Shown: positions 1 to 9,366, counted from the stretch's first letter. The stretch: DNA of 64,000 nt from Candidatus Bathyarchaeota archaeon (GCA_963706285.1 CAVPLU010000003.1:152808-216807); one strand, 5' to 3'. A program made the numbers and translations. Notes: generated by a model not told the origin, from the letters alone.

Positions 1-424
1 GTGTTTCCAAAACACATCTACAATGAAATGCTGAAGGTTCAAGACACGATTGCGATATGCGCACCCAGCCCGCTACAGATTGCCGCAGAGGCCGCGATGA
101 AACTGGGTGCGGCCTATCCAAGACAGTTCATTCCTCGCATAGAGAAGGCAAGAAAGATATTCATAGAGAGACTTGCGGATTTCGACTTGGTTGAGATGCC
201 CGTCACGAAGGGAAGTTACTATCTTCTGCTTAGACTGAAGACCGAAGAAGAGTGACTGGGATGTCGCGAAGAGGCTCATCGAGGAACATGGAGTCATAAC
301 GATTCCAGGACAAGTCTTTGGCACAGAATATCCAGCGCTCAGAGTAGCGTACGCTAATGTAGACGAGAGTCTCGCGAAGAAAGGGGCTTCGCGGCTCACG
401 AGAGGACTCAAGGATATTCTGTAG
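1..424 (+). CDS. PLP-dependent aminotransferase class I/II, C-terminal part (5'-truncated by window; frameshift near 250)
   Basis: ORF 1-255 (SPLQIAA...GSYYLLLRL) continues in the +1 frame from 251 as SDWDVAKRLIEEHGVITIPGQVFG...LRVAYA...* (TAG 422-424), the typical aspartate-aminotransferase-family C-terminus. Confidence 0.8.
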
Positions 425-547
425 CCTAGAACCAAAATGTAACCAGCGTCGAAACACCGGACTTATACTCAAAATGCGACACATGTGATCACAGGCCTAA
501 GCCGGTGCCAACGGCCAAATGAAAGGCAACGAGAAATATGGTGAAGA

Positions 548-2239
548 GTGACGTTGAGATCCAGACTCACACTGGTGGTGGTTCTTGGTGCCGTCTATTT
601 GGCGTTGGCTCTTGTTGCAACTTTCCCTCTTATCTTGAAGTTCACCGAAGCCGTTCCTGGTGGCGGAGATGTGTGGCAGTTCATCAACCAGTTTTGGTGG
701 TTCAAGAAGGCGCTCATCGAGCAAAAGGTCAATCCATACTTTGACCCATACATGTTCTACCCCACAGGTGTGAGTCTTGCTTCAACAACACTCACTCCTT
801 TCAACACCTTGCTCTCCGTGCCGCTTCAGTTCATCTTCAACTTGCCCACCACATACAACATTCTCTTTCTGTTAACATTCGTCATGACGGGATATGGCAC
901 GTTTGCGCTCGCACGGTATCTGATGGAAGACAGATGGGCAGCTTTCGGTTCGAGCATCATCTTCACTTTCTGCTCCTACAGGCTGATGAGGGGACTCGGC
1001 CATCTGAACCTGTTGACCACGCAATTCATTCCTCTGTACATACTTTTCCTCATTAGGACCCTGAGGACTCGGAAAACGAGTGATGCACTTCTAGCCGGTC
1101 TTTTCTTGGCGCTAGTGGGACTATCCTCGGAGATCTACCTTGTACAAGTCGCTGTTCTAAGTCTGATACTCTCTCCGATAGTCCTATGGTGGACCAAGGA
1201 ACGATCCTTGAAAGGCTTGGTTAGACCACTGCTTCTGGGCTTGGGAGTCTTTCTAGTCATAGCTCTTCCATTCTATTATTCGACTGCGTCGCTTGTTTAC
1301 TTTGGAGACGCAAACCTTGGGCTTCCTCTGTCATATGTCACCATGAACTCAGTTGACCTGCTTGCCTATTTCACCCCCAATCTAGGCACCGTTCTCTACG
1401 ACTTGTTATTCTCGGGCGTGTATTCTCATTTCACCGCAAGCCCTCTTGAGGCCACGGTCTTCATCGGTTACACCACTATTGCTCTGGCGACATTCGCGAG
1501 CATCCGCCAGAGATCCAAAGAGACGCATCTCTGGGCGGCCATGGCTGTGGTTTTCGCAGGCTTGTCTCTCGGACCCGAATTGCATCTCTACGGGGTATCC
1601 ATATTTGATCTCCCTTACAAGATCGCGATTTTTCCACTTGCGTCATTTTACATCCCTAGCAGATTCTCGTTGACTTGTCTGCTTTCGTTTTCTATGTTGG
1701 CGGGTTACGGCTTCCGGCGCCTCATGGCAGACAGACGGATAAGGTCTAGAAATCTCATCGGCATCGCACTTTGTGTTCTGATCCTGGTTGAAAGCCTGAT
1801 TATACCATACCCAGTCACAGCCGCAACTGCGCCCAGCATATACTATCAGATGCGGGCTGATCGAGAGCCTTATGCGATAATGGAAGTGCCCCTATCGCCG
1901 TTTCCAGTGCATATAGCCCGCTATCTGTACTATCAAACCATACATGAGAAACCCATCGTCGGCGGTTGGGTTTCCCGACTTCCGCAATCTACTCTACGCT
2001 CATTTGAGCAGAACCCGCTCGTTGCGGCGCTAGTGGCAATACATTCTGGCAGACAAGTCAATGCCAGTGATGTCGCGCGTGGTTTGCAGATGCTGAGGGA
2101 GAACAACGTAAGATACATTATCGTTCATAGAGCCCTGCTTTTGCCGAACGAGTTGCAGCAAATAGAAGATATTTTTAGTCAATTACCTAAGCAAATAGCA
2201 GACGACGCGAATGACCCCTTGATAATCTATAGCCTCTGA
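548..2239 (+). CDS. Multi-pass membrane GT-C-type glycosyltransferase-like protein (YfhO/PMT-like)
   Basis: 563 aa with many TM helices; N-terminal loop GGGDVWQF..WW..NPYFDPYMFYPTG, PSRF motif, C-terminal YYQTIHEKPIVGG and NVRYIIVH typical of this family. Confidence 0.65.
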   Translation: MTLRSRLTLVVVLGAVYLALALVATFPLILKFTEAVPGGGDVWQFINQFWWFKKALIEQKVNPYFDPYMFYPTGVSLASTTLTPFNTLLSVPLQFIFNLPTTYNILFLLTFVMTGYGTFALARYLMEDRWAAFGSSIIFTFCSYRLMRGLGHLNLLTTQFIPLYILFLIRTLRTRKTSDALLAGLFLALVGLSSEIYLVQVAVLSLILSPIVLWWTKERSLKGLVRPLLLGLGVFLVIALPFYYSTASLVYFGDANLGLPLSYVTMNSVDLLAYFTPNLGTVLYDLLFSGVYSHFTASPLEATVFIGYTTIALATFASIRQRSKETHLWAAMAVVFAGLSLGPELHLYGVSIFDLPYKIAIFPLASFYIPSRFSLTCLLSFSMLAGYGFRRLMADRRIRSRNLIGIALCVLILVESLIIPYPVTAATAPSIYYQMRADREPYAIMEVPLSPFPVHIARYLYYQTIHEKPIVGGWVSRLPQSTLRSFEQNPLVAALVAIHSGRQVNASDVARGLQMLRENNVRYIIVHRALLLPNELQQIEDIFSQLPKQIADDANDPLIIYSL

Positions 2240-2387
2240 CTCCACTACATGTCCCCAATCCGTGCTCATTTCGATTTGCTGCAGACGCGTGACGAATTCC
2301 CCATCGGTCGCCTTATTGTACATGAGCTCAAACAATCCTGTTACACGTCAATCATGAGAGAGGAACCAAGCCAGCGAAAATTCTCAT

Positions 2388-2537
2388 TGGTGCGGCCGCC
2401 GGGATTCGGACCCGGGTCGTTGGCTCTCTTCCCGTCAGTGGATGGAAGGCCAATGGACGCTTAGCTATGTCCTAGACCAGGTTATCCGCATGTTGCTCGT
2501 CAGATTTGGACGAGTGCATGCCCTAGACTACGGCCGC
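2388..2537 (-). tRNA. tRNA-Gly(TCC) with three introns (15/16, 27/28, 37/38); CCA encoded
   Basis: Exons 2537-2523, 2481-2467, 2452-2443, 2425-2388 join to a 78-nt cloverleaf (acceptor GCGGCCG/CGGCCGC, anticodon stem TTGGC/GCCAA, anticodon TCC). Each intron boundary forms a 4-bp helix with 3-nt bulges. Confidence 0.92.
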
Positions 2538-2744
2538 GGCCGCAGACTCAGACCCCCGGTCGAGGTAATTATGCCTTCGCTCGATGTGGACGGGATTGTG
2601 CACCATCAATCAGCGATGCATTTGGGTGCATTACGGAAGGCTGATTTCCAAATTTCGATAACATGTTTCAAAAGAGCGACCAGAAGGAGCCCGCTGTGGT
2701 CCTACTACGGGAAGAGTGAAAAGCTGTCACCACACTAGTTCCGG

Positions 2745-3266
2745 TTGAGACACTTGTCAGCTGAGAACAGATTGCGTTTCCGAATTCGACGAGGAAGCTT
2801 TGAAGTTGAGCTCGAAGGCGAGTCAGAGTACGTGAAGGAAAAGTTTGAGGAACTGATGGCTCAGCAACCACCCTACTCTGGTCCTGTTCAAGAAGAATCT
2901 CGATCAGAATCCGTGACAGTAGAGACCGTGGGTGGCGAAGATCTGGAAGGGATCCTTGAGACAGGACCAGACGGGAGGCCACACTTTACAATTCCCTTCG
3001 ATTCTCTGACAGCCAAAGAGGCCATTGGGTTGGTTCTCTACAAGGCTCAGCCAACGCCGCTTGGTGATAAGGAGCTGAGCGATCTACTCAACGCTAGCTG
3101 GAAGACGACGAAACCTCATGTTATCAGGGCAAGGGCAAGCGAGCTGCGCAAGGATGGAAAACTCATCACTGAGAAAGGGCGATACTCGCTGTCAGGTGCC
3201 GGATTGCAGTGGGTTAGAGCGGAGGTTATCCCCTCATTAAGAGGGGTTCGATCCATCCAATCTTGA
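2745..3266 (+). CDS. Hypothetical protein, N-terminal beta-hairpin plus C-terminal winged helix
   Basis: C-terminal IRARASELRKDGKLITEKGRYSLSGAG wHTH pattern; N-terminus resembles the ORFs at 3864 and 4368. Confidence 0.65.
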   Translation: MRHLSAENRLRFRIRRGSFEVELEGESEYVKEKFEELMAQQPPYSGPVQEESRSESVTVETVGGEDLEGILETGPDGRPHFTIPFDSLTAKEAIGLVLYKAQPTPLGDKELSDLLNASWKTTKPHVIRARASELRKDGKLITEKGRYSLSGAGLQWVRAEVIPSLRGVRSIQS

Positions 3267-3551
3267 ACGCGCTGTTGCCACGTCACCCATCAATCGATCA
3301 GCTGAAAGTCCCTTCAGCCACGCTAGTCTTCTCGCACCTCTGTCGGAAAGCTTGTAGACGTACTCGCCCCTACGCCATTCTCTATGAAGCAGGCCATATC
3401 GATGGTAACGTAGAAGTGCCATTCTGACTGCACGGGAGGACCCTGAGAGCCCCGATTCAGATCGTGCTCGCTCTATGATTCGGTTGGAATCGCACCATTC
3501 TTCGGTTGTGAGCAGATCCAGAATCACGGTCTTTAGTTCGTTGTACCTCAA
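3237..3551 (-). CDS. Small winged-helix DNA-binding protein
   Basis: 104 aa; AVRMALLRYHRYGLLHR...YVYKLSDRG is a PadR/PaaX-like wHTH pattern. Confidence 0.65.
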   Translation of the reverse strand: MRYNELKTVILDLLTTEEWCDSNRIIERARSESGLSGSSRAVRMALLRYHRYGLLHREWRRGEYVYKLSDRGARRLAWLKGLSADRLMGDVATARSRLDGSNPS

Positions 3552-3863
3552 GGCTTCTCCAGACTCCCCCTACACGAGGTTAGCAATATGAGGATTGCGT
3601 CTGTAGATCGCATTTGATCTCTCATGAGACCGAGTGAAAGTGAATTGATGTAGAGTAACATCTAGCGGAAACATCTAATCACATGTACTCGTATTTTCGC
3701 GCGATCATTGATGATCAATACATTCACAATAATGCAAGGCGTTACTCAGCACGATTATGTGCACGCGCAAGAGCTTTTAGAGTGCAAGATCATTACAGAT
3801 GTGAATGTAATCAGCAGCGGTGAACCGCAACAATAGCACCGCAACATCGAGGAGGAGCATGGA

Positions 3864-4361
3864 ATGAGTGACCAAACACAAGTCGAAGTAGCAATCAAGT
3901 ACCGTGATGTTGAGAAGACAATCAAGGGCAATCCTGAAGAGGTCTTCAGAGGCGTCTTTCAATTCCTCTCCCAAACGATTCCTGCACTAGAGATCGTTTC
4001 AAGGATCACTCTCACCGTTGATTTCGCCGATTTCCTGAAAGAAGCTGCAGGTGTCTTTGCGATCACGCCAGAAGGCGTTGTCGTCCTCACACCATTGGAA
4101 GCTTTGACAGATCGCGAACTCGTTCTACTCTACTTGGTCAGAGGAAAGATTGCGCACGAAACTGGGAAATCGGAAAAGGAGACTCTCCTCGCATCGGATC
4201 TCATCTCGTTCACCGGCAAGGGATCCGGAACGGTGGCTGGAAGGCTTAGCGAGCTTTCGGGCGAGGGGGTAGTAGAAAGAACCGGGAAGGGTGAGTACCG
4301 GGTGACTACCTTCGGGCTGCATCGCTTCCGAAACGACGTGCTTCCGAAACTGAAGAGTTGA
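3864..4361 (+). CDS. Conserved archaeal protein with C-terminal winged helix
   Basis: TVAGRLSELSGEGVVERTGKGEYRVTTFG wHTH; preceded by GGAGG SD. Confidence 0.75.
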   Translation: MSDQTQVEVAIKYRDVEKTIKGNPEEVFRGVFQFLSQTIPALEIVSRITLTVDFADFLKEAAGVFAITPEGVVVLTPLEALTDRELVLLYLVRGKIAHETGKSEKETLLASDLISFTGKGSGTVAGRLSELSGEGVVERTGKGEYRVTTFGLHRFRNDVLPKLKS

Positions 4362-4367
4362 TCACGA

Positions 4368-4886
4368 CTGAGCGAAGAAAGAACTCTTACCGTTGAAGTG
4401 CAAATCGGGGAACTAAAGCACACAGCAAAGGGAACAGTAGACGCAGTCATGCAAGAAGTGCTCGCCTTCGTCTCACGCGCCGTTCCAGGCTACGACGCAG
4501 CTTCAAAACTCCTATACATTCCGGAGTACACAAAGATGCTTGATTCTATTTCTAGAATGCTGAAGATCACACCTGACGGGCAAGTCCTTCTCTTACAAGA
4601 GAACCTGCCTGCGGAAAAAGCCATCACAAGTGTTCTTCTCGGAGCGCATGTTGCAAACAAGTTCCAGAAACGTCCCAGCGACGAATTGTATGCAGAAGAA
4701 ATAGCAAGATCCGTAAGCAAAGCACTGAAGACAGTTAGAAACACTATTGCAGAGCTTCAGAAACAAGGTCTCATCGAACGCGCCACGCGCGGGACCTACA
4801 GAATCACAACCGCTGGCATCATGAAGATGGAACAGGAACTGCAGGCGTCGCCAAGCGGTCTTGAAGGAGGGGTCCCTCAGAAATAG
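4368..4886 (+). CDS. Paralog of the preceding winged-helix protein (start uncertain: CTG 4368 or GTG 4398)
   Basis: TVRNTIAELQKQGLIERATRGTYRITTAG wHTH; shares the ITP[ED]G motif and N-terminal VEV.I....[KH]T.KG with 3864-4361. Confidence 0.72.
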   Translation: MSEERTLTVEVQIGELKHTAKGTVDAVMQEVLAFVSRAVPGYDAASKLLYIPEYTKMLDSISRMLKITPDGQVLLLQENLPAEKAITSVLLGAHVANKFQKRPSDELYAEEIARSVSKALKTVRNTIAELQKQGLIERATRGTYRITTAGIMKMEQELQASPSGLEGGVPQK

Positions 4887-4979
4887 TGAGGGTCACAACC
4901 ACCGCGCCCGATTGGGGGAATTCGGGTGCGGCGGGAACGGGAGCTTTTGGCAGCTCCCGCAATAGGGGGTGAGAATCTG

Positions 4980-6077
4980 GTGATCCACCGCACCCAAATG
5001 ACAGATGCTTCAATTGAAGAGATAAGCAGTTCGCTACGATTGGGGAACAGCGAACGCTCACTTCTACCGTCGTTTCTCATAGAACTCAGTAGCAGAACAA
5101 TGCAGCAGGTGAGCGGTCGAGCATTCAGTCCCAGAGAATCATCAATACTCGCAATGGCCATTGATGATGAGACATCCGAGACAACTCCAGCTCTTGCAGT
5201 TGGCGACTCCGATCATTGCGAGACAATCCGTTTGGGGTCATCGAGGGAGTCGACCGTGGCAGCGGTTGACGTCTCTAGTTTGAAGATCGGCGAAACTGAA
5301 ACCGGCGTACTGGCCGCAATCAGAGGTGCAGTTGTGTGGAAGTCCAGTCGCGGGTACCAATACGTCAGATGCGGCCCCTTGGCATTCCATCTGGGGCACA
5401 CTACGGACGAATCATTGCCTTCAATTATGGCTGGCGTAGGGTCAAGCCAATTCTTCACAGAACGCGCCATAAGCCGACTACGCAATACGCTCGAACGATG
5501 GATACAGCGAGAGATTTGTGTCTCTCTTGAAGATGCAGTAGTCCTGTTCGACGGATCACTCACAGTCGGAACACCGGACAATCCGACCGCACATCTCGCT
5601 CGGATCCTAGATTCAGCGAGAGAAAGAGGAAGCGTCGTGCTTGCCTTCTCAAAGAGCACGAAACTATGTGCTTTCGGCAGAAAGATCACTTCACTCGTAT
5701 CCGAAGCTCAGGCGCCGTGCGTGGTAGATGTTGACAGGGCCGTCAGAGGACAGTTCGAGTCCCATCCAGTTCGCCTCGCAGGTCATGTGTACGTTGCGAA
5801 GCTCACCGACAACGGATTCGCCTTCAGACTAGATGCGGACCGTCAGGTTCCGCCTGAAGAGCGAATAGACGCAATGAATCGACTTATCGCAAGCGATGTT
5901 GTAGCGCAAGGTTACCCTGAGACGCTCAGGCTCGCTCACATCTTCTCGACATTCACCGCGAACGACGTAATTGCCGTGCAGCGTCACCTAGCCTTCACGC
6001 ATGGACTAAGGATTGCACCACGGTTCAACTTGAGAAAATCGCTCTTCGGACCGTTCGGAACTTGGGGGGCATCATAG
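4980..6077 (+). CDS. nurA: NurA-family nuclease
   Basis: AAVDVSS, LFDGSL, AFSKST and GYPETLRLAHIFS NurA motifs; directly upstream of a HerA ATPase. SD GGGGGTGA at 4965-4972 favours a start at 4977/4980 over 4926. Confidence 0.8.
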   Translation: MIHRTQMTDASIEEISSSLRLGNSERSLLPSFLIELSSRTMQQVSGRAFSPRESSILAMAIDDETSETTPALAVGDSDHCETIRLGSSRESTVAAVDVSSLKIGETETGVLAAIRGAVVWKSSRGYQYVRCGPLAFHLGHTTDESLPSIMAGVGSSQFFTERAISRLRNTLERWIQREICVSLEDAVVLFDGSLTVGTPDNPTAHLARILDSARERGSVVLAFSKSTKLCAFGRKITSLVSEAQAPCVVDVDRAVRGQFESHPVRLAGHVYVAKLTDNGFAFRLDADRQVPPEERIDAMNRLIASDVVAQGYPETLRLAHIFSTFTANDVIAVQRHLAFTHGLRIAPRFNLRKSLFGPFGTWGAS

Positions 6078-6081
6078 ACCA

Positions 6082-7542
6082 GTGAAGATCTACCGCAAAG
6101 AGGGCGACGTCATGCAGCTAATCAGCTTTCCGGAGGAAGAGGTAAACAAGGGCGATTACCTGCTCGTTGAGGACCAACGATCGCACAAAGGGCTGATCAT
6201 TCAAATCATCGACATACAATTCGCCAACGTCCCAGGAATACTTGAGGACATACTACGTGATGTGATGACAGAGGAACCAATACAAGGCAACGACATCGAC
6301 CCACTCGACATTTCATCACAGGTCGCAGTGCTGAAGGATACAAAGCTTCTAGTTTGCAAGATCAGGGGAGCTTTGGAAAATGGTCGCCCAACTCGCAACG
6401 TTTCGTGGCTTCCTTCAAGGATCAATTCCTTGGTATCCAAATTCCCGATCGAGACGATAGCTTCAGAGGAGTCTCCCAGCAGACCGATCCTGCTTGGAGG
6501 CATCAAAGAGAACTTCAAATTCACGGTTAACGCTACAACGCTTGACGGTAGACTCAACATCGTAACCGGGAAAAAAGGAACGGGCAAATCCCATCTCTCC
6601 AAGTTGCTCGCGATGGGCCTTCTCGATCATGGTGCTCCATGCCTCATTCTAGACGTGAACGGAGAGTACACAAACCTTACGCGCCGAGCAAGTGGAGAAA
6701 GAAGCCCATACGAAGGAAAGATTGCAGTACTGACGCCGAGGCTTAGTCTCAGATTTACTCTGGCTGAGATCGGTTTGGGGACAATGATGGACATCCTCCT
6801 ACACGCATTAGACCTACCAGGAACATCGGCCCGCGTCTTCGCAAGGATATGGCGGCAACTCGAACAAAAGAACGAACTGATGGTCAAATCGTTGGGAGAA
6901 GCAATTGCTGAATCTGACTGCCACGAAAGCGTGCGAGACGCTCTCCAGTCAAGATACAATACGCTCGTCGACTCGGGAATATTCACAGACGACCCCTCAA
7001 CAACGCACTCGCGTCAGTTTCTCGAACGATTGGCTACCGGTGGAGCAGTCGTTGTGAACATGAAGAATCAGTCGTTTATGATCCGCCGTATCGTTGTTGA
7101 ACTTCTCTTGAGCAAAATCACTGAACTGCTCTCACACGCTCGACTCAAAGCGGTTTTCCTCTTCGCGGAGGAAGCGCATCTCTACCTACGCGAGACTTAC
7201 TGGGATGACATAGTCACCCGAATGAGGCATCTCGGCATATTCACCACATTCATAACAAATCAGCCGGATACGATTCAAGAAAGCATCTACAGACAGGCAG
7301 ACAACATATTCCTCTTCAACTTCACAAACGAACGTGACCTGGATGTCGTTGCGAGAGCAGCCAAGATTGACGGCGAGAGCGTAAAACTACTCGTGAAAGA
7401 CTTGCCTGCCGGCCACTGTTTAGCGATAGGCGACGTGGTTCGCGACTTTCCAGTAGTCGTGAGCGTTAGACCACTCGATGTGGAAGCTCTTGGCGGCACG
7501 AGGTTCTTCTTCCAAGAGAACGTCATACCATGTTCAAAGTGA
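6082..7542 (+). CDS. herA: HerA-family (DUF87) ATPase/helicase
   Basis: N-terminal HAS-barrel-like region, Walker A GKKGTGKS, LDVNGEY, Walker B FAEEAH, RMRHLG, ITNQP. Confidence 0.85.
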   Translation: MKIYRKEGDVMQLISFPEEEVNKGDYLLVEDQRSHKGLIIQIIDIQFANVPGILEDILRDVMTEEPIQGNDIDPLDISSQVAVLKDTKLLVCKIRGALENGRPTRNVSWLPSRINSLVSKFPIETIASEESPSRPILLGGIKENFKFTVNATTLDGRLNIVTGKKGTGKSHLSKLLAMGLLDHGAPCLILDVNGEYTNLTRRASGERSPYEGKIAVLTPRLSLRFTLAEIGLGTMMDILLHALDLPGTSARVFARIWRQLEQKNELMVKSLGEAIAESDCHESVRDALQSRYNTLVDSGIFTDDPSTTHSRQFLERLATGGAVVVNMKNQSFMIRRIVVELLLSKITELLSHARLKAVFLFAEEAHLYLRETYWDDIVTRMRHLGIFTTFITNQPDTIQESIYRQADNIFLFNFTNERDLDVVARAAKIDGESVKLLVKDLPAGHCLAIGDVVRDFPVVVSVRPLDVEALGGTRFFFQENVIPCSK

Positions 7543-7602
7543 GCCGACCACGGAGCTCCTGAAAATGTCCGATCTTTCGAAAGTCTTTACTGCACAAGAC
7601 GC

Positions 7603-8484
7603 ATGTGCAAAGACGAAGCCGTCGAGCTGCCGTCCATGAGCACCGCTCTTCCGACACCAATCCGCGCTCTCCACCGACCAAGAGTCGTTACGATCCTGGA
7701 TGTAGCGCCTGAAGCTGCTAACACAAAATCACTCAGCTTCAAGGACAAACTGGGAGCAACCGCGATGCCGGGTCAATTTGGAATGATCTGGGCACCCGGT
7801 ACAGATGAGGTGCCAATGAGCCTACTGCCGCGAGGCAAAGACGACATCGTTACGATCGTCGTGAAAGAACGCGGAAACGGTACGGGAGCGCTTCTCAGAA
7901 AGAAGAAGGGTGACTTGATCGGTGTCCGCGGCCCATACGGCAAAGGTTTCACCTACGCGGGTGTCAGGAACGCGCTCATGATCGGAGGCGGTACAGGAGC
8001 AATCCCCCTACTGGCGCTAGTTCGCATGCTCGCCCCCGCACGTGTCAAGTGCAGCTTCATCCTTGGAGCCCACAACAACCGCGAGCTCCTCTTCCAGAAC
8101 GAGATAGAACGTCTATGCAAGGAGACGGGAGGACGCTGCATCGTCACGACCGATGATGGGTCAGCTGGAATCCGAGCGCTTGCAACACACGAGGCCGCAA
8201 AGGTTCTGCGTGCAGGATCATTTGATCGCGTGTACACCTGTGGTCCCGAGGTGATGATGAGAAAGATCATGGACCTCGCGGGCGAGGCACAGATCCCGGC
8301 TGAAGCAGGGCTTGAGCGCATATTCAAGTGTGGATCAGGAATCTGTGGCAGTTGCTGCATCGGACCCTACATGGTCTGCAAGGACGGCCCGGTCTTCAGC
8401 GGCGAGATTCTGAGAGAGCTGCCGGAGTTTGGCACGTCGACGAGAGATGCTTCCGGTAGGCCCGTACTATTCAAGTCATCCTAG
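7603..8484 (+). CDS. pyrK: Dihydroorotate dehydrogenase electron-transfer subunit
   Basis: PGQF, RGPYGKGF, IGGGTG, CGPEVMM and 2Fe-2S motif CGSGICGSC...VCKDGPVF. Confidence 0.88.
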   Translation: MCKDEAVELPSMSTALPTPIRALHRPRVVTILDVAPEAANTKSLSFKDKLGATAMPGQFGMIWAPGTDEVPMSLLPRGKDDIVTIVVKERGNGTGALLRKKKGDLIGVRGPYGKGFTYAGVRNALMIGGGTGAIPLLALVRMLAPARVKCSFILGAHNNRELLFQNEIERLCKETGGRCIVTTDDGSAGIRALATHEAAKVLRAGSFDRVYTCGPEVMMRKIMDLAGEAQIPAEAGLERIFKCGSGICGSCCIGPYMVCKDGPVFSGEILRELPEFGTSTRDASGRPVLFKSS

Positions 8485-8604
8485 ACCGGCGATATTCCTG
8501 CATCGTAGCCTGTGGGTCACTGGATCTCGACCCTTGCGAATACCTTTAAGATGAGCTGACTCGAATAGAGCTGCCAGTCATATCGATCATGGGAGGTGTT
8601 GACT

Positions 8605-8772
8605 ATACCAACTCACGGATCTCTTACGAAGGCTGGGAAAGTCCGCCAGCAGACGCCGAAAGTTCAAGGAGCAAACAAGCGTTCTCCAGTACCCAGGTTA
8701 CACGTTCGTAGAAACGCAGAGAAGCGACTGGAACTCGGTAGAAAACCGGGTCAGAACTTCAGGCGCGTCTAG
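8605..8772 (+). CDS. rps30e: 30S ribosomal protein S30e (below the ORF-track size cutoff)
   Basis: Translates (M)PTHGSLTKAGKVRQQTPKVQ...GRKPGQNFRRV*, the S30e signature. SD GGAGGTG at 8592-8598; the codon at the expected Met position is ATA. Confidence 0.93.
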   Translation: MPTHGSLTKAGKVRQQTPKVQGANKRSPVPRLHVRRNAEKRLELGRKPGQNFRRV

Positions 8773-8862
8773 GCGACGAACCTTCGAATCATCGGCGAAC
8801 GCCTAGCTATCTTTTTTCATTACAACTGAAGAAGAGAGTTAGTATTACCCGGAGTCTCGGAA

Positions 8863-9366
8863 ATGCGCGTCCAACTGCGGCCAATCGGGCATGTTGTGAC
8901 AGATGCAGACCATGAGGAATTGCGACACAGAACTACTGTGTCAAAGATTATTATTGACCGCAAGTTCGCGGGTGGACTGAGAGGCGTCGAAGGGTTCTCG
9001 CACCTGTATGTGCTCTTTCTGCTCCATGAGGTGCCAAAATGGAGTGGCATTCTGATGGTTCACCCAAGAGGGCGAGTTGATATCAAGAAGACAGGAGTCT
9101 TTGCCACTAGATCTCCTCACCGTCCGAATCCCATCGCGCTAACTCTCGTGAAGCTACTCAGCAAGAAGGGCAGAGTCCTTACGGTGGAAGGCTTGGACGC
9201 ATACAACGGGACACCTATCCTTGATCTGAAACCTTATGATAAGCTTGACATCACACGGAATTTCCGAGTGCCCCTGTGGTGGAAGAAGCTGCATCGAGAG
9301 AACAGACGAGGGGAATGCGCCCACAACGCCCACAATGCTAAGCCAAGTAGGCGAGTTCATCGATAG
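8863..9366 (+). CDS. trmO: tRNA (t6A37-N6)-methyltransferase TrmO/TsaA family
   Basis: LRPIGHV, GVEGFSHL, GVFATRSPHRPNPIAL, GLDAYNGTPILDLKPY. Confidence 0.88.
   Translation: MRVQLRPIGHVVTDADHEELRHRTTVSKIIIDRKFAGGLRGVEGFSHLYVLFLLHEVPKWSGILMVHPRGRVDIKKTGVFATRSPHRPNPIALTLVKLLSKKGRVLTVEGLDAYNGTPILDLKPYDKLDITRNFRVPLWWKKLHRENRRGECAHNAHNAKPSRRVHR

Noticed and set aside
245-260. In-frame TGA in the aminotransferase considered as selenocysteine or readthrough
   Set aside because: The homologous sequence continues in a different frame, so this is an indel and not stop recoding.
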